From an uncultured Clostridia bacterium (lineage in GTDB: Bacteria > Bacillota > Clostridia > Christensenellales > UBA1242), in the NCBI GenBank assembly GCA_944332185.1, contig CALVJJ010000004.1:5768-69767 (forward strand): a stretch of 64,000 nt of DNA, given 5' to 3'. The translations under genes and the position numbers were made by a program. Under the pieces are notes generated by a model. It worked only from the letters and a program-made list of their open reading frames with translations. It ran no database searches and was not told the DNA's origin. Positions 8,393-16,600 of this stretch are shown here, piece by piece (positions within the stretch are counted from its first letter, which is position 1; every line of letters begins with the position of its first letter).

Positions 8393-9634
8393 CTAACATT
8401 GTAATAGGACGTTCATAAAAGATTTTTTCCCTTTTTTCAGAAGTAATTGTCCATCTTCAAATAGATCTTTAGTGATGATCATAGACCAATTTTTTGTGAC
8501 CACTCCTTTGATGCTTACTGCTCCTTGTTCGCACATACGTCTAGCTTCTGATTTGCTAGATACTAATTTTGTAAGAGCTAGTAAATCTGCTAAAGTGGTA
8601 TTTTCTTGATACTTCCATGTAAAAGTTGGAACATTGGACATATCTACACCACCAGCAAACAAAGATTTTGATGCTTCGACTGCTTTGTCTGCTTCTTCTT
8701 TTCCATGAACCAATTTCGTGATCTCGTATGCCATACGTTGTTTTGCAATACGAATATCTCCTTTAAGCAATATAGCAATTTCGTCCAAATCTAATCTTGT
8801 CAAGACTTTCAACAATTTTTCCACATCTTTATCATCTACATTATAAAAATATTGATAAAATTCGTATGGAGAAGTCTTTTCTTTATCTACCCAAAGAGCA
8901 CCTTTTTCTGTTTTGCCCATTTTGACACCTTGGTAGTTGGTAAGAAGTGGAGTGGTAAAAGCTTGAAAAGTTTCTGCATCTTTACCTTGTGCAATGGCAA
9001 GTTTTCTGCCTAGATCTGCTCCAGCAACAATATTTGCCCATTGGTCACTTCCACCGAATTCCAATCTACAACCATAATGTTCATTAAGATATACAAAATC
9101 ATAGGCTTGCATGAGCATATATCCCATTTCAAAGAAGGTAAGACCACCTTGCTCCATGCGTCTGGAGTATGCATCACTTGCTAACATTTTGTTGACATTA
9201 AAATGCACGCCAATTTCTCTCATAAAATCTACATAATTTTGATGAGCAAACCACGTAGCATTGTTTAATACGATGGCTTTGTTTTGCCCCTGAAGATCAA
9301 GAAATTTTTCAATACAACGAATAATTCCTTGATAATTGGCATTGATAAATTCATCATCTACCATCTTACGCATATCTGTTTTTCCAGATGGATCGCCGAT
9401 TTTTGCAGTAGCTCCACCCAACACAATAATGACATGATGACCAGCTTCTTGTAGATATCTAGCAATAATAAGGGGAAAACAATGTCCAATGTGTAAACTG
9501 TTTGCTGTAGGATCAATCCCTACATAACACGTAATAGGATCGCCGTTTAATAATTTTTTGACTTCCTCTTCATTAGTTGTTTGGTAGATATATCCACGTT
9601 CTTTTAGTATGTCATACAAATTTTTTCTATCCAT
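8393..9634 (-). CDS. tyrS: tyrosyl-tRNA synthetase
   Basis: 413 aa with HIGH motif (SLHIGHCFPL), KMSKS-equivalent KMGKT and a C-terminal S4-like domain. RBS AAGGAGA. Confidence 0.95.
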   Translation of the reverse strand: MDRKNLYDILKERGYIYQTTNEEEVKKLLNGDPITCYVGIDPTANSLHIGHCFPLIIARYLQEAGHHVIIVLGGATAKIGDPSGKTDMRKMVDDEFINANYQGIIRCIEKFLDLQGQNKAIVLNNATWFAHQNYVDFMREIGVHFNVNKMLASDAYSRRMEQGGLTFFEMGYMLMQAYDFVYLNEHYGCRLEFGGSDQWANIVAGADLGRKLAIAQGKDAETFQAFTTPLLTNYQGVKMGKTEKGALWVDKEKTSPYEFYQYFYNVDDKDVEKLLKVLTRLDLDEIAILLKGDIRIAKQRMAYEITKLVHGKEEADKAVEASKSLFAGGVDMSNVPTFTWKYQENTTLADLLALTKLVSSKSEARRMCEQGAVSIKGVVTKNWSMIITKDLFEDGQLLLKKGKKSFMNVLLQC

Positions 9635-9649
9635 GCCATCTCCTTTTTT

Positions 9650-9680
9650 AAAAAAAGTAAAACAATGTTGCTTGTTTTAC
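9650..9680 (-). terminator. hairpin plus T7 between tRNA-Glu and the tyrS RBS
   Basis: The minus strand reads GTAAAACAA-gcaaca-TTGTTTTAC-TTTTTTT, followed directly by aaaaaaGGAGAtggcATG of tyrS. Confidence 0.65.
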
Positions 9681-9691
9681 TTGCATATGAT

Positions 9692-9766
9692 TGGTAGCGC
9701 TAACGGGAATTGAACCCGTGATTCAGCCTTGAGAGGGCTGCGTCTTAACCTCTTGACCATAGCGCC
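9692..9766 (-). tRNA. tRNA-Glu (anticodon CUC)
   Basis: The minus strand reads GGCGCTATGGTCAAGAGGTTAAGACGCAGCCCTCTCAAGGCTGAATCACGGGTTCAATTCCCGTTAGCGCTACCA. It folds as a cloverleaf with anticodon stem CAGCC/GGCTG, loop CTCTCAA and T-arm ACGGG-TTCAATT-CCCGT, and CCA is encoded. The D- and T-arms closely resemble Bacillus tRNA-Glu as I recall it. Confidence 0.85.
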
Positions 9767-9785
9767 ATATCATACATACGTATCT

Positions 9786-9814
9786 ATTATACCCAACTTC
9801 TGGATTTTTGGCAA
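9786..9814 (-). promoter_or_regulatory. sigma-A promoter driving tRNA-Glu (and probably tyrS)
   Basis: The minus strand has TTGCCA (9809-9814), a 17-nt spacer and TATAAT (9786-9791), about 20 nt upstream of the mature tRNA 5' end. Confidence 0.7.
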
Positions 9815-9874
9815 GTACATATAATGATTTTTTATGGATACTTACCGCAAAATCCAGTCTTTTGCACAAGATAC

Positions 9875-9905
9875 AAGAAAAAACAACTGTCTATGCGACA
9901 GTTGT
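9875..9905 (-). terminator. rho-independent terminator of the 471-aa lipoprotein gene
   Basis: The minus strand reads ACAACTGTC-gcata-GACAGTTGT-TTTTTCTT. The stop codon lies at the loop/stem junction. Confidence 0.8.
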
Positions 9906-11306
9906 AACATGGCTTTTGTAGTAAGCAGATGTATAAAAAGAAGAAGGTAAAGAGGCATTTTGCTGATCTCTTGCTGTAGAATCATACACTTTGGTGCAAT
10001 CAAAATACTCAGCTAGATACGGAGCTTGATCTACTAATTGTTTGCCACCAATAAATATTCTAGGACAAAGAGTGTGATCTTGTCCATAATTGCCGATTAA
10101 AAATGTATAACCATATTGTGTAAGAGATTGTGTGACTTCGCTAGGAATAGGAGTCTTTTCATTGGGAAGCAAATAGATAGGGGTTTTTCCTACAATTTTG
10201 CTTACTTCTTCTTGCCATAGATATAGGTCTTTATTTCTTTCCAGTTCACTCATGGTAGTAATAGAAGTGTGAGAATATCCCATGCTGGCAAAATGGTACC
10301 CTAAATTTTTTAATTTTGTCACGACTTCCAATGCTTTTTTGATATCATATCGACTGTTGGCGTTTGTTTTTTGTGTTCGGTATCCTAATATACCATTTTC
10401 TCCTGTTAGTCCCAAGATTGCCCTGGCTCCATTATGACTAAAATCTGGGTGAGATTGCATAAAGGATTCTAGTAATGGAGCGAATTCATCTTCATAACTT
10501 ACTCTGTCTTGAATAGATTTTTTTGTAGTATACGTGGCTAATTGTTTTTTACGGTCTAGCAACAATCTATCGACCATGCCTTTATTCTTTTGTTCTTTGC
10601 TGTAAGACACATCTTCTATAGTTAGTAGTAATGGCTTTTTATGTTCTGGAATATAAAGGTCTTTTCTTTCAACAGTATTGTTTACAACAGAAAAACACTC
10701 ATAAATATCAACAAGTATATAGTTATTGTCATAAAGTGACATAAGTATATGGTTAAATTCATAAGGTGTCAAATGATTTTCAAAAAAAGTATTTGCATAC
10801 GGATTGTTGGAATTAAGAGCAAGAGTAGGATTAGATATGAGGCATTTTAGAGATAGATGATGAATAGGTCCTGTATAGAGTTGCCATTGCATTTTTTCTG
10901 TTTGGTATTTTGCATCATCGTATAATTGTTGCATCATTGCGTCATGGGTAAAGTAGGGTAAATATTGTGATAAAAGAGTATAAGCCTGCTGTGGTTGTTG
11001 ATTATGTAAATAAGCATTGGCAGTAATTAGTACTTGTTGTTTACATTTTTCTAATGTTGCTTCATATAACTGATTTTGAAAAAAATATGGAAGTTGATCC
11101 TTGTGTTGCATAAGACTATAGAAAGCTTTTTCATATTCTTTTTGTTCTAAATATTGTTGTGTATTGCCTAAAAAGGTTTGTTCTTGTTCCATATACGAAA
11201 ACGTGGTTGAAGGAGAAAGAGTAGCTGGATAGGAAACAAAAGAGAAAGAACAACAACTTAAGATCATGAGGGATACTGTTGTTATTAAATACCTGATATG
11301 TTTCAT
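9891..11306 (-). CDS. putative lipoprotein, polysaccharide-deacetylase-family (NodB-like) C-terminal region
   Basis: Signal peptide with a lipobox-like MILSC. Blocks such as LTPYEFNHILMSLYDNNYILVDIYE, KKPLLLTIEDVSY, HPDFSHNGARAILGLTGENGILGYRT resemble a clostridial deacetylase family I recall. The catalytic DD pair is replaced by ED, so activity is uncertain. Confidence 0.45.
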   Translation of the reverse strand: MKHIRYLITTVSLMILSCCSFSFVSYPATLSPSTTFSYMEQEQTFLGNTQQYLEQKEYEKAFYSLMQHKDQLPYFFQNQLYEATLEKCKQQVLITANAYLHNQQPQQAYTLLSQYLPYFTHDAMMQQLYDDAKYQTEKMQWQLYTGPIHHLSLKCLISNPTLALNSNNPYANTFFENHLTPYEFNHILMSLYDNNYILVDIYECFSVVNNTVERKDLYIPEHKKPLLLTIEDVSYSKEQKNKGMVDRLLLDRKKQLATYTTKKSIQDRVSYEDEFAPLLESFMQSHPDFSHNGARAILGLTGENGILGYRTQKTNANSRYDIKKALEVVTKLKNLGYHFASMGYSHTSITTMSELERNKDLYLWQEEVSKIVGKTPIYLLPNEKTPIPSEVTQSLTQYGYTFLIGNYGQDHTLCPRIFIGGKQLVDQAPYLAEYFDCTKVYDSTARDQQNASLPSSFYTSAYYKSHVTTVA

Positions 11307-11386
11307 ACTTCTAGTCTAAGTAAATTGGTGTTTTTTATGTATAAGATACAAAACTTGGTCTATGATTAGACACAAAGGAAGTAAGT

Positions 11387-11806
11387 ATGAAAAAATTAGG
11401 GTTATTACTACTGGTGATGATATTATGGAGCGTGGGAATGACTACGAACTATCAAAATTTGTGTGATTTTGAAGTAGATGGTACATATTATTTGTTTTTA
11501 CCCAATACCACTACGCCACTTGTGACAGATTGCAGTCAGGCAAGTTCTTTACTGCAAAATACTAAAAATATAAGTGCAGAATGTATCAAAACAACTTATA
11601 CGCAACAAACGATGCAAGATCTTTCTGCTTTTTTATCGTATACCATCATTGCCCAAGAACATATAGATCAGCTACATATTATCTATGCCTATTCTCCTTA
11701 TTTAAAAGGGAATATCGTCATGCATGGACAAAAAGCAAATTTACAATTAGCTATCGCAGAAGATGCATTGTGGATAGGGTATCCTATTTTATATGGTGGG
11801 TATTAA
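11387..11806 (+). CDS. hypothetical secreted protein (139 aa)
   Basis: N-terminal signal peptide MKKLGLLLLVMILWSVGM. RBS AAGGAAG. No recognisable family. Confidence 0.5.
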   Translation: MKKLGLLLLVMILWSVGMTTNYQNLCDFEVDGTYYLFLPNTTTPLVTDCSQASSLLQNTKNISAECIKTTYTQQTMQDLSAFLSYTIIAQEHIDQLHIIYAYSPYLKGNIVMHGQKANLQLAIAEDALWIGYPILYGGY

Positions 11807-11864
11807 AAAACAGGTATAAAAAACAAAGTTGTGGTCTACTATTGGCGTAATAGGAGGGAAAACA

Positions 11865-12446
11865 ATGATATCACAAAATCAATTATCAAAAGAAAAAGTA
11901 ACGGAGTGGTTCAAAAAATATATGTATGCTATTATTGGAGGAATCATGCTTCTGGTATTAGCGACAACGACGACGGTGGTCTTACTAACTTCATCACCTC
12001 AAGAAAAAGTAGGAACAGGGTCTCAAAAATTATCTTTTTATACTCCTGTCTTGAATTTTACAGTAGGACAAGATTATGTAGAAGATAGCTTGGTATATAA
12101 TGCGACATTGAACCAATGGGAAGCTCACAAATCTGTTGATCTTAAAGTAGCAGAAGGAAGTAATGTCTATGCTTGTCTAGATGGAGAAGTAACTAGTGTT
12201 GAGGAAGATTACTTAAACGGTACAAGTATTGAAATTACACATGATAATGGATTGGTAACCAAATATTCTTCTTTAGGGGAAGAAGTCAATGTGAAAGAAG
12301 GTGATCAAGTCAAGAGTGGTCAAAAGATCGGTATAGCAGATAATAATGCTGGCAATAGTGATCTAGGTACACATTTGAGATTAGAAGTCTTTGTAGATGG
12401 TGAAGCTGTTGATCCTAATTTGTATCTTGAATTAAGTGGAAAATGA
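11865..12446 (+). CDS. membrane-anchored degenerate M23/LytM-domain protein, SpoIIQ-like
   Basis: The start is moved to ATG 11865 (AGGAGGG lies 7 nt upstream). There is one N-terminal TM segment (YAIIGGIMLLVLATTTTVVLL). The LytM domain keeps HxxxD (HKSVD) and ITHDNG, but HxH is HLR, so a Zn-ligand His is lost. The gene lies next to spoIIID, as spoIIQ does in Bacillus and Clostridioides. Confidence 0.6.
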   Translation: MISQNQLSKEKVTEWFKKYMYAIIGGIMLLVLATTTTVVLLTSSPQEKVGTGSQKLSFYTPVLNFTVGQDYVEDSLVYNATLNQWEAHKSVDLKVAEGSNVYACLDGEVTSVEEDYLNGTSIEITHDNGLVTKYSSLGEEVNVKEGDQVKSGQKIGIADNNAGNSDLGTHLRLEVFVDGEAVDPNLYLELSGK

Positions 12447-12450
12447 TAAT

Positions 12451-12486
12451 ACTATCATATTATGTGTCATAAAGTGATATGATAGT
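12451..12486 (+). terminator. 10-bp stem hairpin after the M23 gene (no T-tract)
   Basis: ACTATCATAT-(16 nt)-ATATGATAGT starts 5 nt after the TGA stop. It lacks a U-run, so its function as a terminator is uncertain. Confidence 0.3.
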
Positions 12487-12555
12487 GACAAAAATAATAA
12501 TCATGAAAAGATTCTGTCATGCATAAAATATTTTCAAGATAGTAGGGAAAATTAG

Positions 12556-12584
12556 TTGGAAATTTTTAGAAAATTCTGTATACT
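12556..12584 (+). promoter_or_regulatory. sigma-A promoter of acpP
   Basis: TTGGAA (12556-12561), 17-nt spacer, TATACT (12579-12584), about 20 nt upstream of the acpP RBS GGAGGA. Confidence 0.6.
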
Positions 12585-12605
12585 AAAAATGTTGGAGGAT
12601 ATAGT

Positions 12606-12839
12606 ATGACAACATTAGAAAAAGTACAAAATTTGTTAAGTGAACAACTGAATGTGGAAAAAGAAAAAATCACAACCAATGCTAGAGTCGTAGAAGATTT
12701 GGGTGCAGATTCTTTAGATGTAGTAGAATTACTTATGACACTAGAAGATGAATTCGGTATCACGGTAGAAGATGAAGAAGCTATCCAATTAAAGACCATT
12801 GGGGATATTGTAGCTTTGATAGATAAACATCAAGCATAA
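12606..12839 (+). CDS. acpP: acyl carrier protein
   Basis: 77 aa, acidic, with the phosphopantetheine attachment motif LGADSLDVVELLM. Confidence 0.93.
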   Translation: MTTLEKVQNLLSEQLNVEKEKITTNARVVEDLGADSLDVVELLMTLEDEFGITVEDEEAIQLKTIGDIVALIDKHQA

Positions 12840-12864
12840 AAAGGCATCGATGATGCTAAAAAAA

Positions 12865-12893
12865 GAAAAGACAAATTCGTTTGTCTTTTTTTT
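12865..12893 (+). terminator. rho-independent terminator of acpP
   Basis: AGACAAA-ttcg-TTTGTCT followed by T7-8. Confidence 0.8.
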
Positions 12894-12954
12894 GACATAA
12901 TTCGACAAAATGAGTCATACACATGTTTATAAGCAACAGCTTATAGGAGGGGGT

Positions 12955-13230
12955 ATGACAAAGCAAATTTCGAGAGCAGAACAGTTTGCTTTCTATTTAT
13001 TAGAGAATCAATGTACGATTCGGGCTTGTGCAAAACATTTTGGAATTAGTAAAAGCACGGTGCATTTAGATGTAAGTTGTAAATTACCAAAAGTAAATCC
13101 TTTATTATACCAACAAGTCAAAACATTATTACACAAGAATTTGGAACAAAGACACATTCGAGGAGGATTAGCTACCAAAATAAAATACGAACAAGAAAGG
13201 GAAAATCATAGAAAACAAAAAGTGTCCTAA
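12955..13230 (+). CDS. spoIIID: sporulation transcription regulator SpoIIID
   Basis: The start is moved to ATG 12955, after AGGAGGGGG. The 91-aa product has FGISKSTVHLDV...LPKVNPLLYQQVK...IRGGLATKIKY, which aligns with B. subtilis SpoIIID (FGVSKSTVHKDL...LPEINP...RGGEATKLKY). Confidence 0.85.
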   Translation: MTKQISRAEQFAFYLLENQCTIRACAKHFGISKSTVHLDVSCKLPKVNPLLYQQVKTLLHKNLEQRHIRGGLATKIKYEQERENHRKQKVS

Positions 13231-13262
13231 GGTAGTATTTTTTAAAGTTTCATACCAACAAA

Positions 13263-13290
13263 ATGTCCGTTGTTATACGGATATTTTTTA
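13263..13290 (+). terminator. rho-independent terminator of spoIIID
   Basis: ATGTCCGT-tgttat-ACGGATAT (8 bp including one G.U pair) followed by TTTTTATTGTTTTTTT. Confidence 0.7.
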
Positions 13291-13382
13291 TTGTTTTTTT
13301 GGAAAATTAAAAATAAAATTGAAGACAAAAATATATCAAAAATATGTAATTTTATATTTTATAAAATATAACGATATATCTT

Positions 13383-13420
13383 TATTTTGTTTGACAAATT
13401 ATGACAAAAAAATATACAAT
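13383..13420 (+). promoter_or_regulatory. promoter of giant gene 1 (homologous to 46638-46674)
   Basis: TTGACA at 13391-13396, then TATACA (16-nt spacer) or TACAAT (18-nt spacer). The string tattttgtttgacaa is identical (15/15) upstream of giant gene 2, and a downstream GACAAAAA repeat is also shared. Confidence 0.6.
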
Positions 13421-13586
13421 TAAGTATGCAAAAAAAATTTTAAAAATATTTTAAAAAATAAGATAAAAATATTGACATTTTTGATGCATGGTTTCAAAGC
13501 AAAAATTAGGGAAAATTTTGCATTTTACGTCAAATAAAAAATTTGCTTTTGAACATACTAAATGAAAGTAAAAATGGAGAACAACA

Positions 13587-13652
13587 ATGGTTAAAAAATT
13601 AACACTTTTGATGTCTATTTTCTTAAGTACAATATGCTTACTTGCTGGATGT
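13587..13652 (+). other. lipoprotein signal peptide and lipobox (LLAG-C22) of giant protein 1
   Basis: A basic n-region (KK), a hydrophobic core, and the lipobox L-A-G-C followed by GNPY. Confidence 0.8.
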
Positions 13653-16600
13653 GGGAATCCATATGCAAGAATGAGTTTGGATATTAGTGAAAAAGAAATT
13701 GTATTGTACATCGATCGTAAGGAAGATGGACAGATTGAGACAACTAGCCAAACCATCGATATTACTGTCAAGGGAGCAAAAAAAGGTGTTAGTACAGACA
13801 TTGTTGTGGAAAACTCTATTGAAAATATTGTAAGTATTACCACGCAAAAACAGGACAACACTACAAGCGTTACTTTTACCCCAAGCAGTCAATATATTGG
13901 AGGTAGTGCTGATCTTGTTGTTCGTACAAAAGAAGGGAATATTAGCGATGTCTTACACGTTACGGTGTTTGATAAAGTAAAAGACATTGCTTTTTCTCCT
14001 ATTTCGTATGCTGTAAGTGTGGGAGGAACAGTCAATTTAGCATCTTATCTTACCTATCAACCAAGTGGGACCAATCAAAAAGATGTTCTGTATTCTATTG
14101 CACAATTTGAGCAAAATCCAGCCTTACACACCTACCTATCTATCAGCGATACTGGAGTCATTAGTGCCGATGAGAATATTCTTAAGGAAGCTCAAGATAT
14201 GCTTTCTTATGATGCTGACAAAGGGCTTTATTACGTTACTGTGCTTGTTACCAGTCAATATGATGAAACCATTACCTGTGAGCAGAATGAGTATATCATC
14301 AATACGATCAAAGCACAAGACGTTGTTGTAAAATCGTTTAGTGACCAAGCAGAAGTGGTATTGACAGGTACACTCCAAGATCTAGATCTAACTTATGGTA
14401 CAGAACAATATACGTTAGAGAATGTGCCAACCTATCAAGTGGTACTAGCAAGCAATATCAATACACAAATGGAATATTTGTATTCTCGAACGATAGAATT
14501 TGTGCTTAGTGAAGAATCAGCAAAGATTGATTCTCTATATAGAATGTCTTTAGTGCAACAGAAATATTTGCAAAATGATGATTCTTTTATTAAGGTGACA
14601 GAACTGGCAAGGAATACCACACCTAATGAAGAATATGAGTATCATACATATCGTATTGACCAAATTAAAAATGGCCATGACACTTTACTATTTAAAATTG
14701 ATTATATAACGTTTGAAGGAATGCTGACCACTTATGTTGCTTTAGATGTGACGGTACAAAATATTGCAACAGATATACAAGCAAGTGTAAAAGGCGAAAG
14801 CATTAGTACCATTCACGACAATCCAAATTTGGCAGGATATCGTACCATCAACGTACTCAATATGCTAGGTGACAATCTTTACCAAACAACGAATGTCAAC
14901 ATTGTCACGAATTATGATAAAACTAATAAAAATATACCTCTGTATTTTAATTTGGTAGCAACAGAAGAAGTTACGAATGATGTTTTGAACTTGGTAAAAA
15001 GTAAAATTTTTATTTGTGACAAAAATGGAAATCAAATTCCACTCGATGGCACAGGATATATCAACAATGGCGACTCTTTCTATATTTTCCACGAATTAAG
15101 TGCCAGCGATGTCCAAACAGTAAGAGACAAATTTGCTTTAGTAGTCAAGACTGTCTATGACCTTAACCCTGTTCAAGGCGAGGAAATGAATTTCCCTCAC
15201 CAAGTAGAACAAACTTTCCCTTTGACCATTCATACCAATGTGAGCAAAGAAGAGATTGAGGTAAGAGAAGAATTGCTTGTCAGCCTTGCATCTTATGAAG
15301 AATTGATATTATTGGACGCAGGAATTGGGGTATATACTTCCAACTTTACCATTACTTCTGATCAAAGAAATACAAAAGTAGAAAAAATTGCAAGTCAAGA
15401 AGGCCTTATAGAGTCTAGAGTATTGGTAGATGACAAAGTCTTATTCTATGTTTATCAAAAAGATGGTAGTGTGGGAGAAAACAACTACATTACTGTCGTA
15501 GCCAATCGGGATATGTACTCTGGACAAACGTATTTGATCTTAAATGATGATGTACATAATTGGCAATTTAGAGTGAAAGTGATTGTGTATGCTCCTCTCA
15601 TGTACGGAGAACTTGAAGAAAAAACGTATTTTGCTAGCTCAATACCAAATGAAGATTATTATAAAGGGCAATGGATTGCTGTTGAGAAGGAAAATATCAA
15701 CATTACCTTTACAGCTGAAGATACCAGAACGTATTCTTCTATTACATCTTTAAAACTTGCTACGACATCTGCAAGAGACAAAAATACCATACAAGAATAT
15801 GTACCAATCGAAGTATACAATTTGGTGAAAGTAGGAGAGCAAATAGAAACCATCAATCTGCTATCCATGGCAACAGTTAGTTATGATCGCTCTTACATGT
15901 ATTATGAAGAAGGTAGAATTTATCCTTTTAACAAACAATATACGAACGAAGAAAAACCATTGGTGCTATCTTTTACAGTAAAAGGGTATGATAGCAATGG
16001 ACAAGAAATTGTCTTAACGTATTCCATTGATATTCTCATTGTCGATATTGTACAATCTTTTGATGTGACAACGACCAAAGATGTTCTTTATGAAAATAGT
16101 AGTCTAGGTGCATTTGATAAAGCATACAGTCAAGATACGATACAACTGATTTGCTATCCACATTTTGTGACGGGTATGACACAAGTATTTGCCTATCAAG
16201 ATGCAGTTGTCCGTTCCTTTGTAGTAGGGGGCACACGTGTAGATATTACCGTATCTGATCTTATGACACTAGATCCAAATACTGGACTATTAACAGTGGA
16301 TTATACAAAGACTGCGTATGGCAAATCAAAAGTAGAGCAATTACTCACTTTATTTGGTTCGGAAAATAATGTCATTCAAAATATTTACCAATCACCAATT
16401 TCTGTGAAAATTGAAGGGTTTATCAAACAAGATTCTTTAGATCAACTCTATGCATCTTCTTATATTACTTTGGATTATGCTACAAAAGTGGATACCATTA
16501 TTGTTTCTGGTATTGATGAACAAGGCGTGTATCTAGAGATGGTAGATGGCAATGCAAGTTCGACCTATGCAAGCAAAACCATTAGTTTTTCTGTGATGCC

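Noticed and set aside
13778-13784. A7 homopolymer early in giant gene 1, with the homologous A7 at 46996-47002 in gene 2, as a phase-variation switch.
   Set aside because: Seven As encoding the conserved AKKG is short for efficient slippage and is unremarkable in such AT-rich DNA. Its conservation is explained by the conserved GAKKGV peptide. It is only worth checking if read-level heterogeneity is available.
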